Of a stretch of 64,000 nucleotides of DNA, positions 24,438 through 39,786 are shown piece by piece. The notes below the pieces were generated by a model. It saw only the letters and a program-made list of their open reading frames with translations, was not told the origin of the DNA and did not search any database. This DNA comes from Pseudomonadota bacterium. Lineage in GTDB: Bacteria; Pseudomonadota; Gammaproteobacteria; Xanthomonadales; Xanthomonadaceae. Each line of letters opens with the position of its first letter. Within the stretch, counting starts at the first letter, position 1. A program made the translations under genes and the position numbers. The stretch is from positions 62,328-126,327 of the forward strand of contig JAEWFT010000021.1 in NCBI GenBank assembly GCA_023388715.1, written 5' to 3'.

Positions 24438-26321
24438 ATGCGCCATCTGTTCAAGCTGCTCATGCTGCTGGCATTGCTGCCGGCGACGCTGTTTGCCCGT
24501 GAAGTGCCGGTCGGGGACTTCTTCAAGGACCCGGAGTTCAGCAACGTCTCGCTGTCGCCGACGGGCGAATACATCACGGTCTCGGTGCCGCAGGAGGACC
24601 GCACCGTGCTGGCGGCGTTCCGCGTCGCCGACATGAAGCTGGTCGGCAAGTGGGACTACGGTTCGATGCGCCACATCGACCGCGTCATGTGGGTGAACGA
24701 CGAACGCTTCTTCATGTACGTCAGCCGCAAGGTGGGCCGCTTCGACTTCCGGGTCGGCACGCCGGACGTGTATGCGTCGAATGTCGATGGCAGCAAGCGC
24801 ACCGACATCCCCAACGGCGGCTACTACCAGGTAGTCGACCTGCTGGATGCCGACCCGCGCCGGATCCTGGTCGCCCGTTCGATCGAAAGCGCGTTCCTGT
24901 TCAGCATGGACGTCTACGACGGCCAGACCCGCACCGTGGCGACCGCGCCGCTGCGCTTCGGCACCTTCCTGGTGGATTCGAAAGGGGCGGTCCGCTACGC
25001 GATGGGGATGGAGGAGAACCGCGACAGCGTGACCCTGCGGCGCAACGGCAGCGGATGGACCGAGATCCACCGTGCGCCGATGGGCGGTTCGGTGCGCACG
25101 CCGCTCACCCTCGATGCCTCCGAGCGCAACGTGCTGTTCCAGGTCAGTGCCGACGGAGAACCGGAACAGGTCGTGCTCGTCGATGCCGAGACCGACAAGG
25201 CAACGCCGCTGAGCAGCAATCCGAATGTCGCGCCGGGACGCTTCCTGATGGCCAGCGACGACAAGACGCTGCTGGCGGTGGCCTACGCCGATGGCGTGCC
25301 GGGCTACGACTTCGTCAACAAGGAGCATCCCGAGACCAAGGTCTACGCCGGCCTGATCAATGCCTTCCCGGAGCATGCGGTGGCGTTCCGCGGCAGCAGC
25401 CGCGACGGCCGCTACATCCTGCTGAACGCCTACAGCGACATCGACCCGGGCAGCTACTACCTGTACGACAAGCAGGCCGGCAAGGTCACCTTCCTGCTGG
25501 CGGCGATGAGCTGGATCAAGCCGTCCGAGATGTCGGAGATGCGCCCGATCACCCTGAAGGCGCGCGACGGCACGCCGCTGCACGGCTACATCACCATCCC
25601 GCGCAACAGCAACGGAAAGAAGCTGCCGCTGATCCTGAATCCGCATGGCGGCCCGCACGGCCCGCGCGACATGTGGGGCTTCAACCCGGAAGTCCAGTTC
25701 CTCGCCAACCGCGGCTATGCGGTGCTGCAGGTGAACTTCCGCGGCTCCGGCGGCTATGGCAACAAGTTCGAGCGCCTGGGCTACCGCAACTGGGGCACCA
25801 CCATGATCGACGACATGACCGATGCCGTCGACTGGGCGGTGCGCGAGGGGATCGCCGACGGCGGCCGCGTGTGCACCTATGGCGCGTCCTACGGCGGTTA
25901 TGGCGCACTGATGAGCGTGGTGCGCAATCCCACCAAGTACAAGTGCACGGTGGGCTACGTCGGCGTCTACAGCCTGCCGCTGATGAAGACCGATGGCGAC
26001 ATCCCGCGCGACGCGTCGGGCCGCAACTACCTGGCGCGGGTGCTGCCCGAGTCCGCGTCGGAGCTGCAGGCGCAGTCCGCGGTGTTCAACATCGACCGCA
26101 TCAACGTGCCGGTGATGCTGGTGCAGGGCGGCAAGGACGAGCGCGTGCCGCCGTCGCAGTACCGCGCGCTGAAGGACGCCCTGGCCAAGGCCGGCAAGCC
26201 GATCGAGGTGGACATCCTGGAGCCGAAGGAAGGCCACGGCTTCTACGACTACGACAACCAGGTCCGGCTGTACACGCAGATGCAGGCCTTCTTCGACAAG
26301 TACATCGGCAGCAAGAACTGA
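24438..26321 (+). CDS. Secreted S9 (prolyl oligopeptidase-family) peptidase
   Basis: Signal peptide, [16 protein letters not shown], nucleophile GASYGG, DERV, EGHGF. Confidence 0.92.
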   Translation: MRHLFKLLMLLALLPATLFAREVPVGDFFKDPEFSNVSLSPTGEYITVSVPQEDRTVLAAFRVADMKLVGKWDYGSMRHIDRVMWVNDERFFMYVSRKVGRFDFRVGTPDVYASNVDGSKRTDIPNGGYYQVVDLLDADPRRILVARSIESAFLFSMDVYDGQTRTVATAPLRFGTFLVDSKGAVRYAMGMEENRDSVTLRRNGSGWTEIHRAPMGGSVRTPLTLDASERNVLFQVSADGEPEQVVLVDAETDKATPLSSNPNVAPGRFLMASDDKTLLAVAYADGVPGYDFVNKEHPETKVYAGLINAFPEHAVAFRGSSRDGRYILLNAYSDIDPGSYYLYDKQAGKVTFLLAAMSWIKPSEMSEMRPITLKARDGTPLHGYITIPRNSNGKKLPLILNPHGGPHGPRDMWGFNPEVQFLANRGYAVLQVNFRGSGGYGNKFERLGYRNWGTTMIDDMTDAVDWAVREGIADGGRVCTYGASYGGYGALMSVVRNPTKYKCTVGYVGVYSLPLMKTDGDIPRDASGRNYLARVLPESASELQAQSAVFNIDRINVPVMLVQGGKDERVPPSQYRALKDALAKAGKPIEVDILEPKEGHGFYDYDNQVRLYTQMQAFFDKYIGSKN

Positions 26322-26370
26322 TCCACTGGGGCCGGGCAACCGGCCCCCAGCCAAGGGCGAACGCACGACC

Positions 26371-29621
<3,251 letters not shown>

Positions 29622-29625
<4 letters not shown>

Positions 29626-30101
29626 GTCGCGCCCCGATCACCGCCAAGGGCGCCGTGCGCCTGCGCGCGGAACTGGAAGAACTGAAGTCGGTCAAGCGCC
29701 CGGCGGTCATCAACGCGATCGCCGAGGCGCGCGCACATGGCGACCTCAAGGAAAACGCCGAATACCACGCCGCGCGGGAGCAGCAGGGGTTCATCGAAGG
29801 TCGCATCAAGCACCTGGAATCCGAGCTCTCGCACGCGCAGGTGATCGACGTGGCCACGCTCACCGCCGGCGATCGCGTGGTATTCGGCGCCACCGTGGAG
29901 CTGGCCGACGTGGACAGCGGGGAGGAACGCCGCTACCAGATCGTGGGGGACCTCGAGGCCGACATCAAGCAGGGCCTGATCGCGATTTCCTCGCCGGTGG
30001 CGCGCGCGCTCATCGGCAAGCACGAGGGCGACGTGGTCACCATCGAGGCCCCGGGCGCCACCCACGAGTGGGAGATCGTGGCGGTCCGCTACGAGGCCTG
30101 A
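29622..30101 (+). CDS. greA: Transcription elongation factor GreA
   Basis: [36 protein letters not shown] overlap with carB. Confidence 0.97.
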
Positions 30102-30107
30102 GCCACC

Positions 30108-31028
30108 ATGCTGCAACTGCTGTTGCCGCCGGCCACGCGCCTGCCGCAACCGCTGCCCGCCACGCTGGCGGCCGCGCTGGGCCGGGCCGACATCGACCCG
30201 GGCGACGACGCTGGGCGTGCGCTGCAACGTGCCTTTCCCGGCCTTGCATCGCCGTGGCCGGTGGCCGCGCTCACCCGCCTCGCCGACACCGGGGATCCGG
30301 ACATCGCAAGCCATGGCTGGCTGCGTGCCGATCCCGCGCTGATCCAGCCGGACCTGGCCGGCGCGCGGCTGATGGCCGTTAGCGCATCGCTACCGATGGC
30401 GTCGCAGGATGTGGAGGCGTTGCTGCCGGCCCTGCAGCCCCTTTTTGCCGATGACGGCTTCGTGCTGGACGCGCCGCACCCGCAGCGCTGGTACCTGCGA
30501 CTGCCCGCGGAGAACGCACTGCCAGGCTTTTCCCCACTGGAGGCGGCGCTGGGCGAGGACCCGTTCGACCACCCGCCCACCGGTGACGCGGCCCTGGTCC
30601 GGCGCTGGCGCGTGCTTGCCAACGAGGCGCAGGTGATCCTGCACAACCATCCCCACAACGCGAGGCGTCGCGCCGCGGGTCTGCCGGCGGTCAATTCGCT
30701 GTGGTTCCACGGTAACGGCCGCTTGCCCGACGCCGTGGCAACCTCGTTTCCCACCATCGTGTCCGACGATCCCCTGCTGCACGGGCTGGCGCGGCTTGCG
30801 AAGGTGGAGGCCCGACCCGTCCCGGAGACATTCCGCGCCATGCCCGAACCTGCCCTCCTGGACCTGCGCGCGACTCCAGCTTTCCAGTTGACCGGCTCCT
30901 GGTTGCTGCCGGCGCTCGCGCAGCGCGGGCTGCAGCGCTGGAGCTTCGAAGGCGGGCCAAGCGTCCTGCTGGCACCGGGGCAACGCTTGCGCGTCTGGCG
31001 GCGCCCACTGGCGAAGCTGCCGGCATGA
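30108..31028 (+). CDS. rpfE: RpfE-like protein (often annotated phosphoglycerate mutase-like)
   Basis: WLRADP, RWYL, NEAQVILHNHP.N..R...G...VNSLWF.G; sits between greA and recJ like Xanthomonas rpfE. Confidence 0.65.
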   Translation: MLQLLLPPATRLPQPLPATLAAALGRADIDPGDDAGRALQRAFPGLASPWPVAALTRLADTGDPDIASHGWLRADPALIQPDLAGARLMAVSASLPMASQDVEALLPALQPLFADDGFVLDAPHPQRWYLRLPAENALPGFSPLEAALGEDPFDHPPTGDAALVRRWRVLANEAQVILHNHPHNARRRAAGLPAVNSLWFHGNGRLPDAVATSFPTIVSDDPLLHGLARLAKVEARPVPETFRAMPEPALLDLRATPAFQLTGSWLLPALAQRGLQRWSFEGGPSVLLAPGQRLRVWRRPLAKLPA

Positions 31029-32737
31029 GCGGCGGCATGTTGATTGTGCGTCGCCAGGTGGCGGAGGGCAGCGAGGCGGGCGACTGGCCCGCGCACTGGC
31101 CGCCGCTGCTGCGCCGGGTGCATGCGGCGCGTGGATGCACGGGCGGCGGCGATGCGATGCCGCGGCTTTCGGCGCTGCCTCCGCCGGCCGGCATGCTGGG
31201 ACTGGAGCAGGGGGTCGCCGTCCTGCGCGCGGCGATCGCGCAGGACCGGCACATCGTGGTGACCGCCGACTTCGACTGCGATGGCGCCACCGCCTGCGCC
31301 GTGGCGGTGCGCGGCCTGCGCATGCTGGGCGCGCGCCGGGTGTCATACGCGGTGCCGGACCGCGTTGTGCACGGCTATGGGCTGACGCCGGCGCTGGTTG
31401 CCGACATCGCGCCGCTGCAGCCCGACGTGTTGCTCACGGTGGACCACGGGATTGCCTGCCACGCCGGGATCGACGCGGCGCGTACGCACGGGTGGCAAGT
31501 CGTGGTCACCGACCACCACCTGCCCGGCGAATCCCTGCCCGCGGCGGACGCGGTGATCGATCCCAACCAGCCGGGCGACCGCTTCCCGTCGAAGGCGCTG
31601 GCGGGGGTCGGCGTTCTGTTCTACCTGCTGCTGGCGCTGCGCGCCGCCGCGCGCGAAGCAGGCGAACCGGCGGGCGAGGCGGACCTGGCGTCGCTGCTGG
31701 ACCTGGTCGCGGTCGGCACGGTCGCCGACATGGTCGCGCTCGATGCCGCCAACCGGGCGCTGGTCGGCGCCGGCCTGCGCCGCATCCGCGAAGGCCGCGC
31801 CTGCGCCGGGTTGCAGGCGTTGATGGCCGTGGCCGGTCGCGACCCGGCGCGCCTGACCACTGCCGACATCGGCTTTGGCATCGCCCCCCGGATCAATGCC
31901 GCCGGCCGGCTGGAAGACATGCGCGTGGGCATCGAATGCCTGCTGACCGACGATCCCGCGCAGGCGCAGGACCTGGCCGCAGCGCTGCACGCGATCAATG
32001 CCGCACGCCGCGAACTGCAGGACGGGATGGTGGATGCCGCCGTTGCCCGCGTGGAGGCCAACCCCGGCGACGCCGCGCTGGCGCCGTGCCTGTTCGATCC
32101 GGACTGGCACGCGGGCGTGGTCGGGCTGGTTGCCTCCAGGCTGAAGGAGAAGCTGCACCGCCCGGTGCTGGCGTTCGCGCCCAGCGGCAATGGCGACGGG
32201 ATGCTGCGGGGATCGGCGCGCTCCATCCCAGGCTTCCACATGCGCGATGCGATCGCGCTGGTGGATGCGCGCGCGCCGGGGCTGATCGCCCGGTTTGGCG
32301 GCCACGCGATGGCGGCCGGGCTGACCCTCGACGAGGCCGCATTGCCGCGCTTCACCGCAGCCATCGAGCAGGTGGCGCACGACCTCGGCGTCGGCGCGCT
32401 GCTGCAGCCCACCCTCGACAGCGACGGCAGCCTGCCCGAGGACGCGCTCGACATCGCCAACGCGCTTGCCCTGCGCGACGGCGGGAGCTGGGGGCAGGGG
32501 TATCCGGAACCTGCATTCGACGACGAATTCGAGCTGGTCGATTTCCGTCAGGTCGGCGAACGCCACCTGCGCCTGCGGGTGCAGCGGGGCGGCCGCGTCC
32601 TCACCGCGATGCATTTCGGGGGTTGGGACGGCGCACCGCCACCGCCCATGCTGCGGCTGGTCTACCGCCTCACCCCGGACGACTGGCGCGGCGGCGATGC
32701 GGTGCAGCTGATCGTGCTGCACCGCCAGGCGGCCTGA
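31025..32737 (+). CDS. recJ: ssDNA exonuclease RecJ
   Basis: DFDCDG, TVDHG, TDHH, PRINAAGRL, GSARS, GGHAMAAG. Confidence 0.97.
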   Translation: MSGGMLIVRRQVAEGSEAGDWPAHWPPLLRRVHAARGCTGGGDAMPRLSALPPPAGMLGLEQGVAVLRAAIAQDRHIVVTADFDCDGATACAVAVRGLRMLGARRVSYAVPDRVVHGYGLTPALVADIAPLQPDVLLTVDHGIACHAGIDAARTHGWQVVVTDHHLPGESLPAADAVIDPNQPGDRFPSKALAGVGVLFYLLLALRAAAREAGEPAGEADLASLLDLVAVGTVADMVALDAANRALVGAGLRRIREGRACAGLQALMAVAGRDPARLTTADIGFGIAPRINAAGRLEDMRVGIECLLTDDPAQAQDLAAALHAINAARRELQDGMVDAAVARVEANPGDAALAPCLFDPDWHAGVVGLVASRLKEKLHRPVLAFAPSGNGDGMLRGSARSIPGFHMRDAIALVDARAPGLIARFGGHAMAAGLTLDEAALPRFTAAIEQVAHDLGVGALLQPTLDSDGSLPEDALDIANALALRDGGSWGQGYPEPAFDDEFELVDFRQVGERHLRLRVQRGGRVLTAMHFGGWDGAPPPPMLRLVYRLTPDDWRGGDAVQLIVLHRQAA

Positions 32738-32800
32738 CCGCCCCGGCGGGGGCCGTTCAAGCTGCTAAAATCGGCGGCCATTTGCAGTGCCCACAACGCC

Positions 32801-33929
32801 ATGATCGAACTCAACCCGATCCGAGCCCGCATCGCCGACCTCTCCGGTCGCCTCGATGCGCTCCGGGGGTATCTTTGACTACGACGCCAAGCGCGAGCGC
32901 CTGGAGGAAGTCGAACGCGAACTCGAGCATCCGGATGTCTGGAACAACCCGGAACGCGCGCAGGCCCTGGGCCGCGAACGCTCGATGCTGGACAAGACCG
33001 TCAATGGCATCCGCGACCTGAAGGATGGCCTGGCCGGCGCGGGCGAGCTGCTGGACCTGGCCGAAATGGAGAACGACGAGGAAACCGCGCTGGCGGTTGT
33101 GGCCGACGTCGAGCGCTACGAGAAGGGCGTCGAGCAGCTGGAGTTCACCCGCATGTTCTCCGGCCAGATGGATTCGGCGAACGCCTTCGTCGACATCCAG
33201 GCCGGCGCCGGCGGCACCGAGGCCCAGGACTGGGCGGAAATGCTGCTGCGCATGTACCTGCGCTGGTGCGAATCGCGTGGCTGGAAGACCGAGCTGCTGG
33301 AAGCCTCCGGCGGCGACGTGGCCGGGATCAAGTCCGCCACCTTCCGGGTGGAGGGCGAGTACGCCTACGGCTGGCTGAAGACCGAGATCGGCGTGCACCG
33401 GCTGGTGCGCAAGTCGCCGTTCGACTCCGACAACCGCCGCCACACCAGTTTCACCAGCGTGTTCGTCTCGCCGGAAGTGGATGACGACATCGACATCGAG
33501 ATCAATCCCGCCGACCTTCGCACCGACGTCTACCGCAGTTCGGGCGCGGGCGGCCAGCACGTCAACAAGACCGAGTCCGCGGTGCGCATCACCCACGTGC
33601 CCACCAACACGGTGGTGGCCTGCCAGACCGAGCGCAGCCAGCACGCCAACCGCGACCGCGCGATGAAGATGCTGGCGGCCAAGCTCTACGAGCTGGAAGT
33701 GCAGAAGCGCAACGCCGAGAAGGACGCGCTGGAAGCCACCAAGTCCGACGTCGGCTGGGGCAGCCAGATCCGCAACTACGTGCTGGACCAGAGCCGGATC
33801 AAGGACCTGCGCACCGGCATCGAGCGCAGCGACACCCAGAAGGTCCTCGACGGCGACCTCGACGAGTTCGTGGAAGCCAGCCTGAAGTCCGGGTTGGAGG
33901 CCGGGGCGAAACGCAGCGATGCGGCCTGA
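32801..33929 (+). CDS. prfB: Peptide chain release factor 2 with programmed +1 frameshift
   Basis: MIELNP..LRGYL then CTT TGA C at 32873-32879 preceded by SD-like CGGGGG; SPF and GGQ motifs in the +1 frame. Confidence 0.97.
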
Positions 33930-33960
33930 CCGCCTCGAACGTCCCGCCCCCTGACTTCCG

Positions 33961-35478
<1,518 letters not shown>

Positions 35479-35496
35479 GCACGCGCTTCAACACAA

Positions 35497-35525
35497 GAAA
35501 AAGGCCGGCACTGCCGGCCTTTTTC
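35497..35525. terminator. Bidirectional terminator between lysS and the acyl-CoA ligase
   Basis: GAAAAAGGCCGGCA-C-TGCCGGCCTTTTTC. Confidence 0.85.
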
Positions 35526-35542
35526 GTTCCGCCACGCGCGTA

Positions 35543-37231
35543 TCAGGCCGGGGTCGGATCCCGCAGTTCCTTGCGCAGGATCTTGCCGACGTTGCTCTTC
35601 GGCAGGTCCTCGCGGAACTCCACCAGGCGCGGCTGCTTGTAGCCGGTCAGGTTCTCGCGGCAGAACGCCTTGACCGCCTCCGCGGTGAGCGCCGGATCCT
35701 TCTTGACGATGAACACCTTGACCGCCTCGCCGGACTTGTCGTCGGGCACGCCGATCGCGGCCACTTCCAGCACGCCGGGCATCATCGCGATGACGTCTTC
35801 CACTTCGTTCGGATACACGTTGAAGCCGGAGACGAGGATCATGTCCTTCTTGCGATCGACGATGTAGAAGTAGCCCTGCGCGTCCATCCGGGCCATGTCG
35901 CCGGTGTGCAGCCAGCCGTCGTCGTCCATGACCTTGGCGGTTTCCTCGGGCCGCTGCCAGTAGCCCTTCATCACCTGCGGGCCCTTGACGCACAGCTCGC
36001 CGATCTCGCCCTCCGGCAGGATTTCGCCTTCCTCGCCCTTGATGCAGACGTCGGTGGAGGGCACCGGCATGCCGATCGAGCCGTTGTACTCGGGGATGTC
36101 GAGCGGGTTGATGCACACCGCCGGCGACGTCTCGGTCAGGCCGTAGGCCTCGGCCAGGGTGCAGCCGGTCACGCGCTTCCAGTTGTCGGCCACCGCGCGC
36201 TGCACCGCCATGCCGCCGCCCAGCGCCAGGTGCAGCTTCGAGAAATCGACCTCGTCGAAGCCGGGGGTGTTCAGCAGTCCGTTGAACAGCGTGTTGACGC
36301 CGGTGATCGCGGTGAAGTGGGTGCCCTTCAGCTCCTTGACGAAGCCCGGCATGTCGCGCGGGTTGGTGATGAGCAGGTTGGTGGCGCCGAACTTCATGAA
36401 GACCAGGCAGTTCGCTGTCAGCGCGAAGATGTGGTAGAGCGGCAGCGCGGTGACGATCAGCTCCTCGCCCTCGCGCACGTTGGTGCCCACCCACGCGGCA
36501 GCCTGCTGCATGTTGGCCACCATGTTGCGATGGGTCAGCATCGCGCCCTTGGACACGCCGGTGGTGCCGCCCGTGTACTGCAGGAACGCGAGGTCCTCCG
36601 GCGCGTTGCGGATCTCCGGCAGCGTGTGCAGCCGGCCCAGGGTCAGGGTGTCGCGGAAGCGGATCGCGTTGCCGATCTCGTAGTCCGGCACCATCTTCTT
36701 GACGTGCTTCAGGACCAGGTTGACGATCGCGCCCTTGGGGAAGCCCAGCATGTCGCCCAGGCCGGTGGTGATCGCCTTGACCTGCGGCATCTGCGCCAGC
36801 ACTTCCTCGGCCACGTGGCCGAAGTTGTCCATCACCAGCAACGCGCTGGCGCCGGAATCGACCATCTGGTGCTTGAGCTCGCGCGCGGTGTACATCGGGT
36901 TGGTGTTGACCACCGTCAGCCCGGCGCGCAGCACGCCCATGATCGCGATCGGGTACTGCAGGCAGTTGGGCATCATGATCGCCACCCGGTCGCCCTTCTT
37001 GAGCTTCATCTCGCCCAGCAGGAAGCCGGCGAAGTCGCGGCTCAGGCGGTCCAGCTCGCCGTAGGTGATCGACTTGCCCATGTTGACGAAGGCGCGCTTG
37101 TCGCGATGCTTGCGCACCGCGGAATCGAACACGTCGTTGATCGAGGCGAACTCGTCGAGGTCGATCTGCGCCGGGACGCCGGCGGGGTAGTGGTCAAGCC
37201 AGGGCCGCTGGACTTGCGAATCGGAACTCAT
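35543..37231 (-). CDS. rpfB: Long-chain fatty acid--CoA ligase (FadD/RpfB type)
   Basis: YTGGTTGVSKG, YGLTETSP, GWLHTGD, VSGFNVYPNE, LPKSNVGKILR; position between lysS and acnA matches Xanthomonas rpfB. Confidence 0.85.
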   Translation of the reverse strand: MSSDSQVQRPWLDHYPAGVPAQIDLDEFASINDVFDSAVRKHRDKRAFVNMGKSITYGELDRLSRDFAGFLLGEMKLKKGDRVAIMMPNCLQYPIAIMGVLRAGLTVVNTNPMYTARELKHQMVDSGASALLVMDNFGHVAEEVLAQMPQVKAITTGLGDMLGFPKGAIVNLVLKHVKKMVPDYEIGNAIRFRDTLTLGRLHTLPEIRNAPEDLAFLQYTGGTTGVSKGAMLTHRNMVANMQQAAAWVGTNVREGEELIVTALPLYHIFALTANCLVFMKFGATNLLITNPRDMPGFVKELKGTHFTAITGVNTLFNGLLNTPGFDEVDFSKLHLALGGGMAVQRAVADNWKRVTGCTLAEAYGLTETSPAVCINPLDIPEYNGSIGMPVPSTDVCIKGEEGEILPEGEIGELCVKGPQVMKGYWQRPEETAKVMDDDGWLHTGDMARMDAQGYFYIVDRKKDMILVSGFNVYPNEVEDVIAMMPGVLEVAAIGVPDDKSGEAVKVFIVKKDPALTAEAVKAFCRENLTGYKQPRLVEFREDLPKSNVGKILRKELRDPTPA

Positions 37232-37346
37232 GCACCTCTCCCCTGATGGACGCCGCGAAATGCGCGTGCGTATGGAATGCACCCGATTTCAGCATAGGCT
37301 TCCGGTTGCGGCAATACGAACGACGCAGGCGAAGGAGGGTGGTGCG

Positions 37347-37793
37347 ATGCAGCAATCACGCGGGCTCCCGCGGTTCGGGTGGACGGCGATGCTGGTGGTG
37401 GCCGCGTGCCTCGGCGGCTGCGCGCGCAGCGACGCCGAAGCCGAGGTGCGCGCCGGCATCGCGCAGCTGCAGGAGGCGATCGACGCCCGCGACGCCGGCG
37501 ACATCGAGGCACTGCTGGCCGATGACTTCGTCGGCAACGATGGCCTCGACCGCCGCGGCGCGCGCCGGCTGGCGGCCGGCGTGTTCCTGCGTCATCGCGA
37601 CGTTGCCGCACGGCTCGGGCCGGTCACGGTGGAACTGCGCGGCGAGCGCGACGCGGTGGCACGCTTCAGCGTGCTGGCCACCGGCGGCAGTGGCGGACTG
37701 CTGCCGGAGCAGGGGCAGCTCTACCGGGTGGAAACCGGCTGGCGCATGAGCGATGGCGACTGGAAGCTTGTCAACGCCAGCTGGCAACGGTGA
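37347..37793 (+). CDS. NTF2-like (SnoaL/DUF4440-type) lipoprotein
   Basis: Lipobox LGGC, LLADDF, C-terminal WR..DGDWKL; SD AGGAGG. Confidence 0.7.
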   Translation: MQQSRGLPRFGWTAMLVVAACLGGCARSDAEAEVRAGIAQLQEAIDARDAGDIEALLADDFVGNDGLDRRGARRLAAGVFLRHRDVAARLGPVTVELRGERDAVARFSVLATGGSGGLLPEQGQLYRVETGWRMSDGDWKLVNASWQR

Positions 37794-37872
37794 ACACGAC
37801 GCGGGCCGCCGCGCGCTGTGTCGGAAAGCCGTGGGGCTATGATCCGGCAGGGCGGTGGGATGGAGGCAGGGC

Positions 37873-38136
37873 ATGGGCTGGCTGATCACGAAGTACCTGC
37901 TGACGGCCGCGGTGATCGTGGCGGTGTCCGAGGCGGCCAAGCGCAGCGACAAGCTGGGCGCCTTCATCGCCTCGCTGCCCCTGGTGACGCTGTTGGCGCT
38001 GATCTGGCTGCACGTCGACCGCCAGCCGCAGGCCAAGATCGCCAACCATGCCCGGTACACGTTCTGGTACGTGCTGCCGACGCTGCCGATGTTCCCGGCG
38101 CTGCTGCCGCAGCGGCGCTGGATCGGGTGGTCCTGA
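37873..38136 (+). pseudogene. DUF3147-family membrane protein, C-terminally truncated
   Basis: WLITKYLLTAAVIVAVSE.AKRSDKLGAFIASLPL..IANHA.YTFWYV.PTLPMF; the final TM segment is missing. Confidence 0.65.
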
Positions 38137-38255
38137 AACTGCGCAAGCACGGCGCCGACGTCGAGGTCGTGGGGCTCAACGAGGCGAGCGAGTCTCTGGT
38201 GGACCAGCTCAACACCCACCGCGACGCGGGTGCCACGCTGGCGGGCGGGCACTAG
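38112..38255 (+). pseudogene. C-terminal STAS remnant of a SulP-family anion transporter
   Basis: AALDRVVLKLRKHGADVEVVGLNEASESLVDQL..GH* has no start and no TM domain upstream. Confidence 0.55.
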
Positions 38256-38407
38256 CGCCGGCTGCAAGGTCGCAGGCAACGTGTAGGGACGACGCCAGCG
38301 AGCGAACTATGCCCCGGATCACGGCGGCATAACCGCGACCCTTGCACGCTCGCCAGCCCGTCCGGCAATCCGCCGCCACGCGCGTTGCCCCTTCAAGAGG
38401 AAGCCCC

Positions 38408-38959
38408 ATGAGCCACCACAAGATCGCCGTCCTCGTCGGTAGCCTGCGTAAGGACTCGTTCAACCGGAAGCTGGCCGACGCGCTGGCCCGCATGGCGCCG
38501 GAAGGCACCGAATTCACCCAGCTCGAGATCGGCGACCTGCCGCTCTACAACCAGGACGACGATGGCGCGCCTGCCGCGTCGGTCACGCGCCTGAAGACCG
38601 CGATCAGCGAGGCGAGCGGCGTGCTGTTCGTCACCCCCGAATACAACCGCTCGATCCCCGGCGTGCTCAAGAACGCCATCGACCACGCCTCGCGCCCGTA
38701 CGGGCAGAGCGCATGGGCCGGCAAGCCCGCGGGCGTCATCGGCGTGTCGATCGGCGCCATCGGCACCGCGCTGGCGCAGCAGCACCTGCGCAACATCCTG
38801 GCCTACCTGGACATGCCCACGCTCGGCCAGCCGGAGGCCTTCATCCATGCCAAGGACGGCCTGTTCGACGCCGACGGCAACATCGGCGCGGGCAGTAAGG
38901 ACTTCCTGCAAGGCTGGCTGGACAGCTTCCTGGCCTGGGTTGAAAAGCACGGCGGCTGA
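38408..38959 (+). CDS. NADPH-dependent FMN reductase (ChrR/YieF family)
   Basis: VGSLRKDSFN, LPLYNQD, TPEYNRSIPGVLKNAID. Confidence 0.92.
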   Translation: MSHHKIAVLVGSLRKDSFNRKLADALARMAPEGTEFTQLEIGDLPLYNQDDDGAPAASVTRLKTAISEASGVLFVTPEYNRSIPGVLKNAIDHASRPYGQSAWAGKPAGVIGVSIGAIGTALAQQHLRNILAYLDMPTLGQPEAFIHAKDGLFDADGNIGAGSKDFLQGWLDSFLAWVEKHGG

Positions 38960-39102
38960 AGCTCGTCGCAGCGCAGCGCATCCGACGTCTTCAAGGCGCT
39001 GCTCTGCGATTCGGCAGGATCCGCCAGCGCCGCTGCCGAGCCTTTGCAAGTCGCTGTCCGGCAGCCCTCTAAAGCTGCCTTTTCTCGGGCGCAAATTGGT
39101 CA

Positions 39103-39130
39103 TTGACTCCGCTCCGGGCCGTGCTACGGT
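39103..39130 (+). promoter_or_regulatory. Putative sigma70 promoter of the 39195 gene
   Basis: TTGACT-N16-TACGGT with TG extended -10. Confidence 0.45.
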
Positions 39131-39141
39131 CTCGGTGCCAC

Positions 39142-39159
39142 ACCACTAGATGTAGTGGT
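39142..39159. promoter_or_regulatory. Palindromic operator matching the NrdR-box pattern
   Basis: ACCACTA-GATG-TAGTGGT; core CCACTAGATGTAGTGG fits CaCWAnATnTWGtG. Confidence 0.6.
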
Positions 39160-39194
39160 AAGGCAACCTTGACCATCCACTGCTTGGAGCAACC

Positions 39195-39698
39195 ATGGCA
39201 AAAAATCGCATCAGCCTTAACCTCACTCCCGCCCAGCTGAAGGAGCTGGACCGGGCCCTGAAAACCTTGGCCAGCGTCATCCCCGAGATGGCCTCCATGA
39301 CCCCGCTGGAACGTCGCCGCCTGAAGACCATGGGGCGGAAGGACGAGAACTTCTGCCGGGAAACCCTGAACGCGATGGAGCGCAATCCCAGCCTGGTCAA
39401 TTCCGCCCTTGGGCTGGAATCGGCGAGGGCGGACCTGGAGGCGCTGGACCAGCTGCGCCCGCGCCTGCAGGAGCTCCAGCGCGTCATGGAGCAGTACCAG
39501 GATCTGGCCGCCCTGCTGGGCAGCGACGTGATGGCCACCTCGCTAGAGGCCTACGGCCTGCTGCGGGTGTCGGGCAAGGCTCAGGGCCTGACCGGCCTGC
39601 GCCAGGACCTGGGCACGCGCTTCAAGTCGCAGGGCCGCCGCGCCAGCGGGACCACGGCGCCGACCGAGAACGAGGAGGACAGCGGCAACGCCGCCTGA
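39195..39698 (+). CDS. Uncharacterised 167-aa predominantly alpha-helical protein
   Basis: GGAG SD, GC3-rich codons, own promoter and terminator; motifs ERRRLKTMG, ADLEALDQLRPRL, LGSDVM..SLE.Y. Confidence 0.85.
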   Translation: MAKNRISLNLTPAQLKELDRALKTLASVIPEMASMTPLERRRLKTMGRKDENFCRETLNAMERNPSLVNSALGLESARADLEALDQLRPRLQELQRVMEQYQDLAALLGSDVMATSLEAYGLLRVSGKAQGLTGLRQDLGTRFKSQGRRASGTTAPTENEEDSGNAA

Positions 39699-39748
39699 CG
39701 CCCGGTCGCGCTTGGGGAGCAGCAGCAACCAGGGTGAGGAGACGCGTG

Positions 39749-39777
39749 ATCGGGCCCTTCGGGGCCCGATTTTTTTT
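39749..39777 (+). terminator. Strong intrinsic terminator
   Basis: ATCGGGCCC-TTCG-GGGCCCGAT followed by a T7 tract. Confidence 0.9.
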
Positions 39778-39786
39778 GCGGCATAC

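Noticed and set aside
32873..32879. prfB frameshift as an error or novelty
   Set aside because: It is the well-known programmed +1 frameshift CTT-TGA-C.
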